Source: an uncultured Verrucomicrobiae bacterium (GTDB lineage: Bacteria > Verrucomicrobiota > Verrucomicrobiia > Limisphaerales > Palsa-1400). Taken from it: a DNA stretch of 64,000 nt. The notes under the pieces are model-generated. The model saw only the letters and a program-made list of their open reading frames with translations, ran no database searches and was not told where the DNA came from. The translations under genes and the position numbers were made by a program. Within the stretch, counting starts at the first letter, position 1. Every line of letters starts with the position of its first letter. Shown here one piece after another: positions 41,895 to 52,460 of the stretch. The stretch is from the NCBI GenBank assembly GCA_963702845.1, contig OY969763.1, forward strand, positions 3,264,001-3,328,000, read 5' to 3'.

Positions 41895-42620
41895 TTACAC
41901 TCGCGCCAAGATTCCGCCGCGCAGTTCGGCGGCCATGCGAGATGGGTTCAGGAGCGTGACGCTCTTGCCGTTAACATATACTAACTGGCGGTCGCGGAAT
42001 TTGGCCAAGGTGCGAGACAACGTTTCGCTAACGGTGCCGAGTTCGGCGGCAAGGGTGCGCTTGGTCATGTGGAGTTCGATCTTGGCAGGCTGAACGCTGG
42101 CGGGGTCGGGGCAGCGCTGGATGAGCCAATCGGCGACGCGGGTTTCGACGTCGTTCAACATCAGGTTTTCGAGTTGGGCGATGGCCATGCTCAAGTGGAG
42201 GTTCATCGCCGACATGACGCGCAAGGCAAGTTCCGGCTGGCGCTTGATGAGCGCGAGGAATTCGGATTTGCGAACCAGGATTACCCCACAAGGTTCGATG
42301 GCGCGAGCGTCGCCGGGGAATCCGCCGTCGGTAACGAGCGTGCCTTCGGCGAATGATTCGCCGGTGCGAAAGATGTGGATGATCTGTTCTTTGCCGGAGC
42401 CGTTGACGCGGTGAAGATTAATGGCGCCACTCTGGACGATGTAAAAACCGATTGGCAAATCGGTTTCACGGAAGAGGTATTGTCCCTTCGAGAGCAGCTT
42501 CAGAAAAGAGAACGAAGCGATTTGGTTAACCTCTTCCGCCGGTAAGCCTGCCAGAAGCGGACAGTTCCGTAGCGTGTTGAAAATCGCTGTATGACGGAGT
42601 TGGACAGTGTTGTTGATCAT
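41895..42620 (-). CDS. Crp/Fnr family regulator without the FNR N-terminal Cys cluster (DNR/HcpR-like)
   Basis: cNMP fold LFRE..FYIVQSG..GKEQI..GESFAE; HTH LAAELGTVSETLSR. Confidence 0.92.
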   Translation of the reverse strand: MINNTVQLRHTAIFNTLRNCPLLAGLPAEEVNQIASFSFLKLLSKGQYLFRETDLPIGFYIVQSGAINLHRVNGSGKEQIIHIFRTGESFAEGTLVTDGGFPGDARAIEPCGVILVRKSEFLALIKRQPELALRVMSAMNLHLSMAIAQLENLMLNDVETRVADWLIQRCPDPASVQPAKIELHMTKRTLAAELGTVSETLSRTLAKFRDRQLVYVNGKSVTLLNPSRMAAELRGGILARV

Positions 42621-42964
42621 ATGTTTGTTTTGATGCACGTCATTAAAACCTGATGTGTGCACTCTGCATCCCGCGGCGTAAGGCAACTACCCGCTTGTTG
42701 TCATTCTCCTGTCGTTTTTTGTTTAGTCGGGCGCTAAATCTGAAAACCACGCGAAAAAGGCGAGAAAAGCTGGGTCAAATCGGAGAACTCGTTCGAGGAA
42801 CCGTTTTGCAAATGTTGGCATGGTCACAACAATTTTTTCCAAAGCCACCTAAAACAGGGCAAAAGCCTTACGAAGCGGCGGTTCTCTCGGGATGAGCCAA
42901 AATTGGCGAAGTTTTGAGCAAAACATGGTAAGCCGCTCGCTTTTTTGACGTTCAGACTGACGGC

Positions 42965-44299
42965 ATGAGCGCATCTGTTGAATCCCACGACCCTGAAAAT
43001 CAACCGGAGATTGGCAATTATTTTGTCGCGGCTTACCCGCCCTTCTCGGTTTGGGAACCACGACAGAACAAGGCGTTTCTCGATTTGTTAGACGAGCCGG
43101 CGCACGCGGAACCGATCGGCATTTATGTGCATCTGCCCTTCTGCCAAAAGAAATGTGATTATTGCTATTACTTATCTTATGCCGGCCAAAGCCTAGGCAC
43201 GGTCAACAACTACCTGGAGACGGTCGTGGGCGAAATGGCCCGGTATTCGCAACGGCTGGCGATTAACAGTCGGCCGGTGCGGTTCGTTTATATCGGCGGT
43301 GGAACACCCTCTATTTTGTCGCCGGAACAGGTGCGCTTTTTATTCAGTGGATTGCAGAGTTGCCAATCCTGGGATGCAGTTGAGGAAGTGACGTTTGAGT
43401 GCGCACCGCGGTCGGTCCGCCCTGAACTATTGCAAACTTTGAAGAAGTGCGGCGTGACGCGATTGAGCATGGGCGTGCAAAGTTTCAACGACAGTTTGCT
43501 GAAACTGAACGGACGCATTCACGAAACGAACGATGTTTTGCGTGCGTATGACATGATCCGCAAAACGAAGTTCAAGTGGGTGAATATTGATTTGATGGTC
43601 GGATTGATGGGCGAACAACCGGCGCAATGGTGCGACGCCGTGCATCGCGCGATCGAACTACAGCCCGACAGCGTGACGATTTATCAGACGGAAATCCCGC
43701 ATAGCACAAAGATTTATCGCGATATGGAATCCGGGAAGCTGCCGGCTGCTTTGACGCCATGGAACGTGAAGCGCACGCGGTTATATTATGCGCTGCATCA
43801 ATTGGAACGCGCGGGCTACACGATCGTGAATGGTTATATGGCGGTGAAGAATCCGAAGAAACATCATTTTGTTTACGCGGATCATCTCTGGCACGGCGGC
43901 GATATGATTGGGCTAGGCGTGGCGTCGTTTGGATATATCAACGGCTTCCATTACCAGAACAAGGTGAGGCTTGAAGATTATGTGATGACCCTCGCCCGCC
44001 ATGAATTGCCGGTGAAGCGTTCGTATCTGTTGTCCGAGGAGGACCGGGTTGTGCGCGAGTTCATTCTGCAACTGAAAACTGGCGCCGTTTGCAGTTGTTA
44101 TTTCGACGAGAAGTTTAACCAGGATATTCTCGAACTGTTTAAAAAACCGCTGCAGAAACTGGAGAAGGCGGGGTTTCTCGTCATCAATGAAACGGATCAT
44201 GGCAGGTCAATACAACTGACCCGGGCGGGACTGTTGTGCGTTGACCGTTTGCTGCCGGAGTTTTACCAGGCCGATTTCAAGGAAGTGCGCTACGCGTAA
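42965..44299 (+). CDS. HemN-like radical SAM enzyme
   Basis: YVHLPFCQKKCDYC, YIGGGTPS, RLSMGVQS, NIDLMVGL. Confidence 0.9.
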   Translation: MSASVESHDPENQPEIGNYFVAAYPPFSVWEPRQNKAFLDLLDEPAHAEPIGIYVHLPFCQKKCDYCYYLSYAGQSLGTVNNYLETVVGEMARYSQRLAINSRPVRFVYIGGGTPSILSPEQVRFLFSGLQSCQSWDAVEEVTFECAPRSVRPELLQTLKKCGVTRLSMGVQSFNDSLLKLNGRIHETNDVLRAYDMIRKTKFKWVNIDLMVGLMGEQPAQWCDAVHRAIELQPDSVTIYQTEIPHSTKIYRDMESGKLPAALTPWNVKRTRLYYALHQLERAGYTIVNGYMAVKNPKKHHFVYADHLWHGGDMIGLGVASFGYINGFHYQNKVRLEDYVMTLARHELPVKRSYLLSEEDRVVREFILQLKTGAVCSCYFDEKFNQDILELFKKPLQKLEKAGFLVINETDHGRSIQLTRAGLLCVDRLLPEFYQADFKEVRYA

Positions 44300-44441
44300 G
44301 TGCGCCTCCTTTTCGTCAAGAGCGCGGATTGGATGTCCGCGCTTTTTATTTTCGCACCCCTTGCGGTAGGCACACTCCTTTGCTAGGTTGACGGAATCAG
44401 TCAAATAAAAGAGACACAAACCATTAACCAAAGAACTTTTT

Positions 44442-45068
44442 ATGGCCTACGAATTACCGCCTTTACCTTATCCGAAAAACGCACTGGAGCCGCACATCGA
44501 CGAGAAGACGATGGAAATCCATCACGACAAACATCATGCCGCGTATGTCACGAATGTGAACAAAGCGATCGCGGGCAAAGCTGACTTGGAAAGCAAGTCG
44601 CCGGAAGATTTGATCCGCAATCTGGACGCGGTGCCTCAAGAGATTCGCGGTGCGGTTCGTAATAACGGCGGCGGGAACGTGAACCATACGATGTTCTGGA
44701 AAATCCTCGGGCACACTCACGGCGTGCCGTCTGGAAAACTCGCCGAAGATATCAACGCGACTTTTGGCAGTTTTGACGCCTTCAAGGAAAAGATTGAAAC
44801 GGCAGGTGCGACCCGATTTGGCAGCGGTTGGGCGTGGCTTGTGGTGAACAATGGCAAGCTGGAGGTCTGCTCCACGGCCAACCAGGACAATCCCATCATG
44901 GGTAAAGCGGTGGCTGGTTGCGAAGGCACACCGATTTTCGGCGTCGATGTGTGGGAACACGCCTATTATCTCAAATACCAAAATCGTCGTCCGGATTATT
45001 TGAAGGCGATTTGGAATGTGATTAACTGGGCTGAGGTCGCCAAGAATTACGAAGCGGCCAAGAAGTAA
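44442..45068 (+). CDS. sodA: Mn/Fe superoxide dismutase, probably Mn-type
   Basis: [34 protein letters not shown]. Confidence 0.93.
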   Translation: MAYELPPLPYPKNALEPHIDEKTMEIHHDKHHAAYVTNVNKAIAGKADLESKSPEDLIRNLDAVPQEIRGAVRNNGGGNVNHTMFWKILGHTHGVPSGKLAEDINATFGSFDAFKEKIETAGATRFGSGWAWLVVNNGKLEVCSTANQDNPIMGKAVAGCEGTPIFGVDVWEHAYYLKYQNRRPDYLKAIWNVINWAEVAKNYEAAKK

Positions 45069-45117
45069 AAGTTATTAGACAGGACAACTTCGCGCGCGCG
45101 TGGTTTAATGCGAAAGC

Positions 45118-45972
45118 ATGAGGCTGCGCGCGCGCCATTTTAGCTTCGAATTTCCGCGTCCGACGATGGTGATGGGGATCGTTAATGTGACGCCGGATTC
45201 CTTCTCGGACGGCGGGCAGTTCCTTAACACCAACGCCGCCGTGGCGCATGCGCTGAAGTTGGTTGAAGAAGGCGCAGATATTATTGATGTCGGGGGCGAA
45301 TCGACTCGGCCGCGAGCAATTCCAGTTTCGGAAAAAGAGGAATTGCAACGGGTGCTGCCGGTGATTCAGGCGCTTGCGAAGCAGGTCAAAATTTCTATCT
45401 CGATCGACACGATGAAGCCAGCGGTGGCACGTGCTGCCGTCGAAGCGGGCGCGAGCATCATCAACGACATCGCCGCCAATCGAACTGAGGACGAAATGTG
45501 GCGCCTGGTGGCGGAAACGGGAGCCGGTTACGTACTCATGCACATGCAAGGAACGCCGCAGACGATGCAGGAAAATCCGACCTATAAAGATGTCGCCGCA
45601 GAGGTCGAATTTTTTTTTACTGAACGTTTGAATTTTCTTGGGCAATGCGGTGTCAATGCAGAGCAAGTTGTTTTGGATATTGGGATTGGCTTTGGGAAAC
45701 GCATCGCAGATAATCTGGAATTGTTGGCGCAGGTGCGGCGATTTGCGAAGTTCGACCGACCGATGCTGATCGGGGCTTCGCGAAAATCATTTGTGGAAAA
45801 GGTCAGCGGGGATGGAGGTAAATTGACCGGATCGTTTGCGTGCGCTTGTTGGGCGGTGGCCAATGGCGTTCAGATCATTCGCGCGCATGACGTGGCGGAA
45901 ACGCGGCAGGCTTTGCGCATGACGGACGCGTTGATGGAAAGAAATGTGGAACGTTCATCACATCTTAAGTGA
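45118..45972 (+). CDS. folP: Dihydropteroate synthase
   Basis: MGIVNVTPDSFSDGG, DVGGESTRP, MHMQGTP, GIGFGK, GASRKS, IRAHDV. Confidence 0.97.
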   Translation: MRLRARHFSFEFPRPTMVMGIVNVTPDSFSDGGQFLNTNAAVAHALKLVEEGADIIDVGGESTRPRAIPVSEKEELQRVLPVIQALAKQVKISISIDTMKPAVARAAVEAGASIINDIAANRTEDEMWRLVAETGAGYVLMHMQGTPQTMQENPTYKDVAAEVEFFFTERLNFLGQCGVNAEQVVLDIGIGFGKRIADNLELLAQVRRFAKFDRPMLIGASRKSFVEKVSGDGGKLTGSFACACWAVANGVQIIRAHDVAETRQALRMTDALMERNVERSSHLK

Positions 45973-46822
45973 AGGCTGGAAGCCCGCGCTGGAAATTCTC
46001 ATCCTCGCGGTCGGGATCTATTATGCCTTCAACTTCGTGCGGGGGACGCGTGGCGCTCCTGTGGTTTATGGATTTCTCGTGCTGCTTTTGAGTCTCACGG
46101 TCGTTGCGTTTTTTTTAAAGTTAGAGGTGCTGGGATGGTTGCTGCGGTGGTTCGTCGGCTTTGCTGCCCTCGCGATTTTCATTATTTTTCAACCGGAGAT
46201 TCGGCGCATGTTGGCGGAGCTCGGCACACACCCGGTGTTCAATGCCAACCAGGAGAAACGCGAAATTATCGAGGTGATTTGTGAAACGGTGGAACGATTG
46301 GCCGACGTTCGCATCGGCGCGCTTATCGCAATTGAGCAAGCGATCCCATTGAGCGAATCGACCGAGTCGGGCGTGCCGGTGGATTGCCAGGCCACACCGG
46401 AAATGTTGGAAACGATTTTCTTTCCAAACAACGCGATTCACGATGGTGGCGTCATCATCCGCACCGACCGCATCGTGTCTGCGGCACGTATTTTTCCACT
46501 GACGCAACGGACGGATTTGCATCCTTCTCTTGGAACCCGGCATCGCGCGGCCATCGGGCTGACGGAAGAGACTGATGCGATTGTCGTGGTTGTCTCGGAA
46601 GAGACGGGTTCGATTTCACATTGCTACAAAGGACACCTCGTGCGCGGCGTGACGGTCGAAGCCCTGCGCGCGTTCCTCACTTCCATCCTGGTGAAGCGAA
46701 GCAAGTCGCACAGTGCGATGGCGTGGATGCGAAATTGGACCGAACAACGTCCGCACGCACCGCAGGTTCAACCCTCGGTAAAACTGGAGCCCAAATATTA
46801 TGGTGGCGCGGTTGCTTCATAA
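45944..46822 (+). CDS. cdaA: Membrane diadenylate cyclase CdaA/DacA
   Basis: Three N-terminal TM helices, IFQPEIRR, HDGG, LGTRHRAAIG, VSEETG. Confidence 0.95.
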   Translation: MWNVHHILSEGWKPALEILILAVGIYYAFNFVRGTRGAPVVYGFLVLLLSLTVVAFFLKLEVLGWLLRWFVGFAALAIFIIFQPEIRRMLAELGTHPVFNANQEKREIIEVICETVERLADVRIGALIAIEQAIPLSESTESGVPVDCQATPEMLETIFFPNNAIHDGGVIIRTDRIVSAARIFPLTQRTDLHPSLGTRHRAAIGLTEETDAIVVVVSEETGSISHCYKGHLVRGVTVEALRAFLTSILVKRSKSHSAMAWMRNWTEQRPHAPQVQPSVKLEPKYYGGAVAS

Positions 46823-47207
46823 TTTTTGGTTGAAGATGTTTTCGCTGGGGTTGGCCACGATGATCTGGATAACGGTGCACATCGGCATCACGCGGGATTT
46901 TTCGTTCACGAACCCAAATCTCACCCACCCTTCTCGACAGTACGTGCGCTACCGGTTTCGATCATCACGCAACCGGGTGACGCTCGCGTTTACAGAATTA
47001 CGCCGAAGCAAATTACTGCAACGATCGATCGGCGAAGAACCGATTTTGCGCAGGATGAGCGCGAAGGACATTAAAATTTACGTCGATTTAACGGACTTGA
47101 GGTCGAAGGGAGTGACCAACGGTGAATTGCGCGCGGATGCGCCGAGAGATGTAACGGTTGTTGGGCTGACGCCAGCGGCGGTTTAGATCGAGCAGATTTC
47201 GCCGTAA
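46800..47207 (+). CDS. Short CdaR/YbbR-like protein with apparent compensating frameshifts
   Basis: NFWLKMFSLGLATMIW anchor; alternate frame LPVSII..ITPKQIT; DIKIYVDLTDL; directly follows cdaA. The end could be 47186 or 47207. Confidence 0.7.
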
Positions 47208-47226
47208 ACCTCAGTATCAGTTGGTA

Positions 47227-48102
47227 TTAGATTACGACTTCGGTGCCGACGCCGGCGTCGGTGAAAATTTCCAGCAGGACCGAATGATCAACCCGGCCAT
47301 CAACAAACGAAACTTTTTCCACTCCAGCTTTTAATGCAGCAATAGCGCTGTCCACTTTCGGAATCATACCTTTGTCGATCACGCCGGATTTTTTCAGGCC
47401 ATCGACTTCGCTGACGCGCAACTGAGAAATCAGAGTGTTAGGATCTTTTGGATTGCTGAACAAACCCGGAACGTCGCTCATGAAGACGAGACGTTTTGCT
47501 TTCAAGGGCGATGGCGACTTGCGCGGCGGCAACGTCTGCATTGCAGTTATAGATTTTCCCGTCCTGTCCACGAGCGGTCGGGCTGATGACAGGGGTGATG
47601 TATTCTTTCAGACAATTGAGAATGGGCTGGGTATTAACGCCTGAAACTTCGCCGACATATCCGATGTCGATTTTTTCGCCGATCGGGGAATCGAGCCATA
47701 GTTTACCGCACGAAAAATCTGCGTGCCGGAAAAGCCTTTGGCCGTGCCATGAAGTCGATTGATCGTTTGGACAACGTCGGGATTGATTTCGTGCGAGAGG
47801 ACTTGCTCGACAACGTTGACCGTCGCTTCATCCGTCACGCGCATGCCTTGAATGAAGTTGGCTTTGAGCCCGGCTTTTTCCATAGCGCGAGTGATGGCTT
47901 TGCCGCCGCCATGAACGAGCACGGTTTTGATGCCGGCCGCAGCGAGAAAAATAGCGTCGCGCGCGACCCCTTCGCGGACGGCTGGGTCGGGCGAGTCCAT
48001 GAAACTGCCGCCGTATTTGATGACAAATGTTGCGCCGCGAAACCGTTGCAAATACGGAAGCGCTTCAAGCAGGACGTCGGCTTTTGAGATAAGATGTTGC
48101 AA
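47227..48102 (-). CDS. argB: Acetylglutamate kinase with apparent frameshifts at ~47510-47710
   Basis: [50 protein letters not shown] spread over several frames. Confidence 0.92.
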
Positions 48103-48106
48103 AATG

Positions 48107-49438
48107 TTAGCCTCCGAGTGACGACGGATCGCTCACGTCGCCTTTGTTGAAATCAACATACTCTTCGGTCAAGTCGGCTGCATACATGAGGGCGTTGGAT
48201 TTACCGAGGTTTAGGTTGATGTGCAGGTCGAACGCGTGTTGAGCGGTGATTTTGCAGAGCGCGGCAAATGGCGCATCGGTCGGACGGCCTTTGCGTAATG
48301 AGAACAAAATCTTTTTATCGCCAGGCAGGCTGTAGCCGACGTCGACTTTTTCTTCGACGATCTTTGCGGGTGAATATCCGAGCGCATCGAGAATTCGGCC
48401 CCAGTTTGGGTCCCCGCCGAACCAACTGGTTTTCACCAGGGCGCTGTTGGCGACGGCTCGGGACGCGGCATCGGCATCGCCGAATGACCGCGCACCAGTG
48501 ACACGAACGGTGACAAAACGGGAAACGCCTTCGCCATCCAGCACGATCTTTTTAGCGAGTTCGAGGCAGACGTGATTTAGGGCAGCTTGGAATTTCGCGA
48601 GGTCTTTGCTGGAAAGGCGCGAATTGCCTGCGAGACCATTTGCGAGGACGAGCACCGTATCGTTCGTACTCATGTCGCCGTCGACGGTGATTCGGTTGAA
48701 GCTGTGCGAGACGGCCTCGTTGACGCACTTTTGCAATGTTCTGGAATCAATCGCCACGTCTGTAGTGACGAAGCAAAGCATCGTCGCGTGCAGAGCGGGA
48801 CGCGCGCCCGTTGGGCTCATGCCGGGTTGGATCATCCCGGCGCCTTTGCAGATTCCGCCGATGCGGACTTTCTTACCTCCCAGAGAAAACTCGATCGCGA
48901 CTTCCTTTGGCTTGGTGTCGCTCGTCATGATGGCCTCGATCGCGTGAGCGGCGTTTTCAACTGATGCGCCAAGATGTTTCGACGCGTCGAGGATCCCTTT
49001 TTCGACGTTCTGCATCGGCATCATCACGCCGATACGTCCCGTCGAGCCGACGAAGATTTCACGCGCGTTCAAGCCGAGAGCTTTAGCGGCGATTTCTGTC
49101 ATTTGGCGAGCATCACGCATTCCTTGCTCGCCAGTGCAGGCGTTGGCGTTGCCGGAATTGACGACAATCGCGCGAGCAACACCGCATTTGATGCGCTCGA
49201 CGCAAACTTTGACGGGCGCGGCGCACACCTGGTTCGTCGTGAAGGTGCCGCCGACTGATGCGGCCGCTTCGGAAACGATTAGCGCGAGGTCGCGTTTGTT
49301 TCCTTTGTTGGAGCCTTTACCGGTCCCGAGACGTTTGATGTCGCAAAAAACACCCGAGGCCGAAAGTCCTTTCGGAGCGGTGATGGAGCCAGTGACTGGA
49401 GTAAATTTGTTTTTCAAGAACGGCAAAGACGGAAGCAC
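48107..49438 (-). CDS. argJ: Ornithine acetyltransferase ArgJ
   Basis: [45 protein letters not shown]; start uncertain. Confidence 0.96.
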   Translation of the reverse strand: MLPSLPFLKNKFTPVTGSITAPKGLSASGVFCDIKRLGTGKGSNKGNKRDLALIVSEAAASVGGTFTTNQVCAAPVKVCVERIKCGVARAIVVNSGNANACTGEQGMRDARQMTEIAAKALGLNAREIFVGSTGRIGVMMPMQNVEKGILDASKHLGASVENAAHAIEAIMTSDTKPKEVAIEFSLGGKKVRIGGICKGAGMIQPGMSPTGARPALHATMLCFVTTDVAIDSRTLQKCVNEAVSHSFNRITVDGDMSTNDTVLVLANGLAGNSRLSSKDLAKFQAALNHVCLELAKKIVLDGEGVSRFVTVRVTGARSFGDADAASRAVANSALVKTSWFGGDPNWGRILDALGYSPAKIVEEKVDVGYSLPGDKKILFSLRKGRPTDAPFAALCKITAQHAFDLHINLNLGKSNALMYAADLTEEYVDFNKGDVSDPSSLGG

Positions 49439-49453
49439 GTTGCGACGGTGGTG

Positions 49454-50356
49454 TCAAGATAGGAGCGCGGACAGTGGTGTCCGTGTGTCCAACCGCGTAA
49501 CCAATATCGCGGGCATTAAGGTCCGTGATTCGCTTAAGCGGGTTGTGCGATTCCCTGCGTCGAGATTTCTGTAGCCATCTGCGCGCGATTCTTCTTCGTC
49601 CGGCAACCGATGTGCAAATGGGCTCTCGACGGCCGTGCAGATAAATGTTTGCGCAAACGGCTCGGCTTCGCGGCGATCGACGCGGAATCCGGCAGTCTCC
49701 AGCAGAGACGCGAGGCAGCTTGGCGTCAGGCCCCAAAACCAATTGCCATAACCCGCCTCCGGATTGAATTCTTCGGTGATGCCTTCTTGTCGAAGCAAAC
49801 CGAGGCTGCTTAGGTTCCAAAGTTTGCGATCTTCGGCGCTCATCATCGGCCAGTATACAGCTGCGTTGGCCAGGCCGGTCATCTCCGGAATGGTTGAGGT
49901 GCGTAAAATCAAAGGTCCGCGGCAAATTCGCCGGAGCGCCACCAACAGATCGAACGGCGCTGGATGGTGGTACAAAACACCGGCGCAGAACACGACATCA
50001 ACAACACCGATCTGCCCCATAATTGTTGGATGGCTGGCGTCGCCTAAAATGAATTCAACATCGGAACCTAGCTTTGCCATCTTTTCTTCGAATTCGGGCG
50101 TTGGACCAAATACGTCCACCGCTTTCACTTCCCTGGCGCCACATTGCTCGGCGTGAAAAGAATAGTCCCCATTCACGCCCCACATGCAGCCGATGTCCGC
50201 GAAACTTTTTCCTTCAACGTGCTGCCGGATCAAATCGCGCAAATGCGAGTAATTGCCGATCGTCCGTCCCCGGAAGTTCTGCCAACGTCGCCAGACGGCG
50301 CAACCGCGTGGCGTTTTCAGGAACTTAACTTTCCATTTATAGAATGCAGTGAGCAT
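49454..50356 (-). CDS. Class I SAM-dependent methyltransferase of the polysaccharide locus
   Basis: FADIGCMWG, DVVFCAGVLYH; the true stop may be ~49534 if a late frameshift is an error. Confidence 0.8.
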   Translation of the reverse strand: MLTAFYKWKVKFLKTPRGCAVWRRWQNFRGRTIGNYSHLRDLIRQHVEGKSFADIGCMWGVNGDYSFHAEQCGAREVKAVDVFGPTPEFEEKMAKLGSDVEFILGDASHPTIMGQIGVVDVVFCAGVLYHHPAPFDLLVALRRICRGPLILRTSTIPEMTGLANAAVYWPMMSAEDRKLWNLSSLGLLRQEGITEEFNPEAGYGNWFWGLTPSCLASLLETAGFRVDRREAEPFAQTFICTAVESPFAHRLPDEEESRADGYRNLDAGNRTTRLSESRTLMPAILVTRLDTRTPLSALLS

Positions 50357-50365
50357 GGCTTTTCC

Positions 50366-51647
50366 TTACAACGTGCGCTTGATGGTGTGCGCGCTTTCGT
50401 TTGGCCGCGCTAATTCCCAAACATGCGGTGGGTGCAGAAATCCGACATCGACGCGAGGTGATTGAATCGTCAGCAGGGTAAACGTGCCAATGGTAGTCGT
50501 AGCCAAACGCCCACTGATGTTCGAAAATTCCAACGTCGATGAAATATCTTCCTCCCGCGAGATCGACCCGTTGCAAATGCAATACGATTTCTCCACGTCC
50601 CGCGATTGGCGGCAACTCAATGTTTTGTGCGGCCGTATTTGTGTCGAAACAGATCAAGCCCGTCTTCGCGGCTGAGACTGACGCTGAAGATCGGTCCTGG
50701 CACCGGTTTATGCGCGGAGTAACGGATGCGAACGGAAAGAGGTTCGCCGCTTGTCACTTCGGTGGTGGGCGTGCCGGAAGTGCCGAAAATTTCGACGGCC
50801 TCGATTTGAACTTCTTGCGAACCGAAGCGGTTTGTTTGCGGCTGCAGCATTGTACCGAATTGAGTTGAGCAGACATTCGCGGAACCGGGCGTGCGCCGCC
50901 GCGTTTCATCGGCAAGCTCGTTTACGTAACCATTGAGGACTTCTTCGGTCGGCCCGAGCGCGACGATACTTCCGTTGCGCAACCAGAGCAAGCGATCGCA
51001 GATTTGGCGCGTTTGCGCGGTGTCGTGAGATACAAGCATGAGCGTGCATCCTTTCTCTTTCAATCCCTGGATACGGTCCATGCATTTTTTTTGGAACGCG
51101 AGATCGCCAACCGCGAGAACTTCATCGACCAACAATACTTCTGGTTCGGTGTGGATGATGATCGAGAATCCCAGGCGCATTTGCATGCCGGTGCTGTAGG
51201 TGCGAACGGGGCTGTCGATGAATTTTTCGAGTTCGGCGAACGCGACGATTTCATCGAAACGTTCGGCGACTTGCTTTCGCGTGAGGCCACAAATCACGCC
51301 AGTGATAAAAACATTTTCGCGACCAGTCAGGTCGGGATGAAACCCGGCGGTTAAATCAAGAAGCGCGCCGAGGCGGCCATTGACGTTGATATGGCCGGAA
51401 TCAGTTTTACCGACGCCGCCGATCAAGCGCAACAACGTCGATTTGCCAGCGCCGTTGCGGCCGACGATTCCCAACGCGATGCCTTTTTCGACAACAAAGC
51501 TGACGCCATCGAGCGCCCAGAATTTTTCTTCGTCCCCATGCGGCGCAGGCCCTGGAGCACCGCTTCCTTCAGCGACGTAGGACGATTTGAGTCGTAGGCG
51601 CGAAAGCGTTTGCTGACATTTTCAACGATGATAGCTGGTTGGCTCAC
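50366..51647 (-). CDS. wzt: Polysaccharide ABC exporter ATPase with a Wzt C-terminal carbohydrate-binding domain (frameshifted)
   Basis: VENVSKRF, GRNGAGKST, GFHPDLTGREN, YSTGM, VDEVLAVGD, RFGS..IEAV, LAGGRYFIDV. Confidence 0.9.
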
Positions 51648-52427
51648 AGTTCCTCCACAAATCGATCGCAACGGTGCGAGAAAAGTTTGTAACTGAAAAC
51701 CAGCAACGCGACGGCAAAAAACCGCAACAACACCCAGCGCCACATAATCTGGCGATTGTCCAAGCAACAACACCGACGCGATAGCCGTCGATGATGTGAA
51801 GCATCGGGTTGAGTTCGTAAATCGCGCGGTATTTGCCCGGGACCCTGCTGGCGAGATAGAAAACAGGAGTGAGCCAAAACACAACTGCAGCACGAAGCGG
51901 CGATGTGTTCCATATCGCGGAACGCGACGTTAGCCGTAGCCAGCAAATAGGCAAGACTGAGCATCAGCACAAATTGCACGGTCATGACAACGGGCAACTC
52001 AACCAGATGCGTCGTGATATGGCCGCCGCCTAAGATGACGAACAAAACCAGTAACGGCAGCGCCAGCAACAGATTCATTAAGATTCGTTGTAATCGTAAT
52101 GACCGGAAGAATCGCGGCTGGAAATCCGGGCCGACGAACCAGTTCCCGATGAGAGGTAATAGCGCCGGTCGCCTGCAATAGAGAAAGTTGAAACCACGAC
52201 CAACACAACAGTCCGGCAAACGCGAACGTTCCATAATTGGGAATGTCGAGCGATATGACTTTGCGGAACAGGAACGTGAACACCAGCAGTTGCAGCAACG
52301 GGTTCAACAACGACCAGGCGATCCCAAAATGGAGTTTTTATACTGCGATTTTATATTGCGGCCGACAAGACGATCACGATAAATCGCGCAGGTGAATGAG
52401 ACGATGTAATCGCTCCGAAGTTCGCAC
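51644..52427 (-). CDS. wzm: Polysaccharide ABC exporter permease (frameshifted)
   Basis: Fragments QYKNSILG, AWSLLNPL, FRDMEH, FWLTPVFY, LNPM, FVEEL. Confidence 0.85.
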
Positions 52428-52460
52428 CTCAAATGTTCCGACCTGTATTGCCCTGTGAAT

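Noticed and set aside
47184..47186. Recoded TAG (pyrrolysine or readthrough) in the cdaR-like gene
   Set aside because: Only six codons follow, the region is error-rich, and no recoding machinery is visible.
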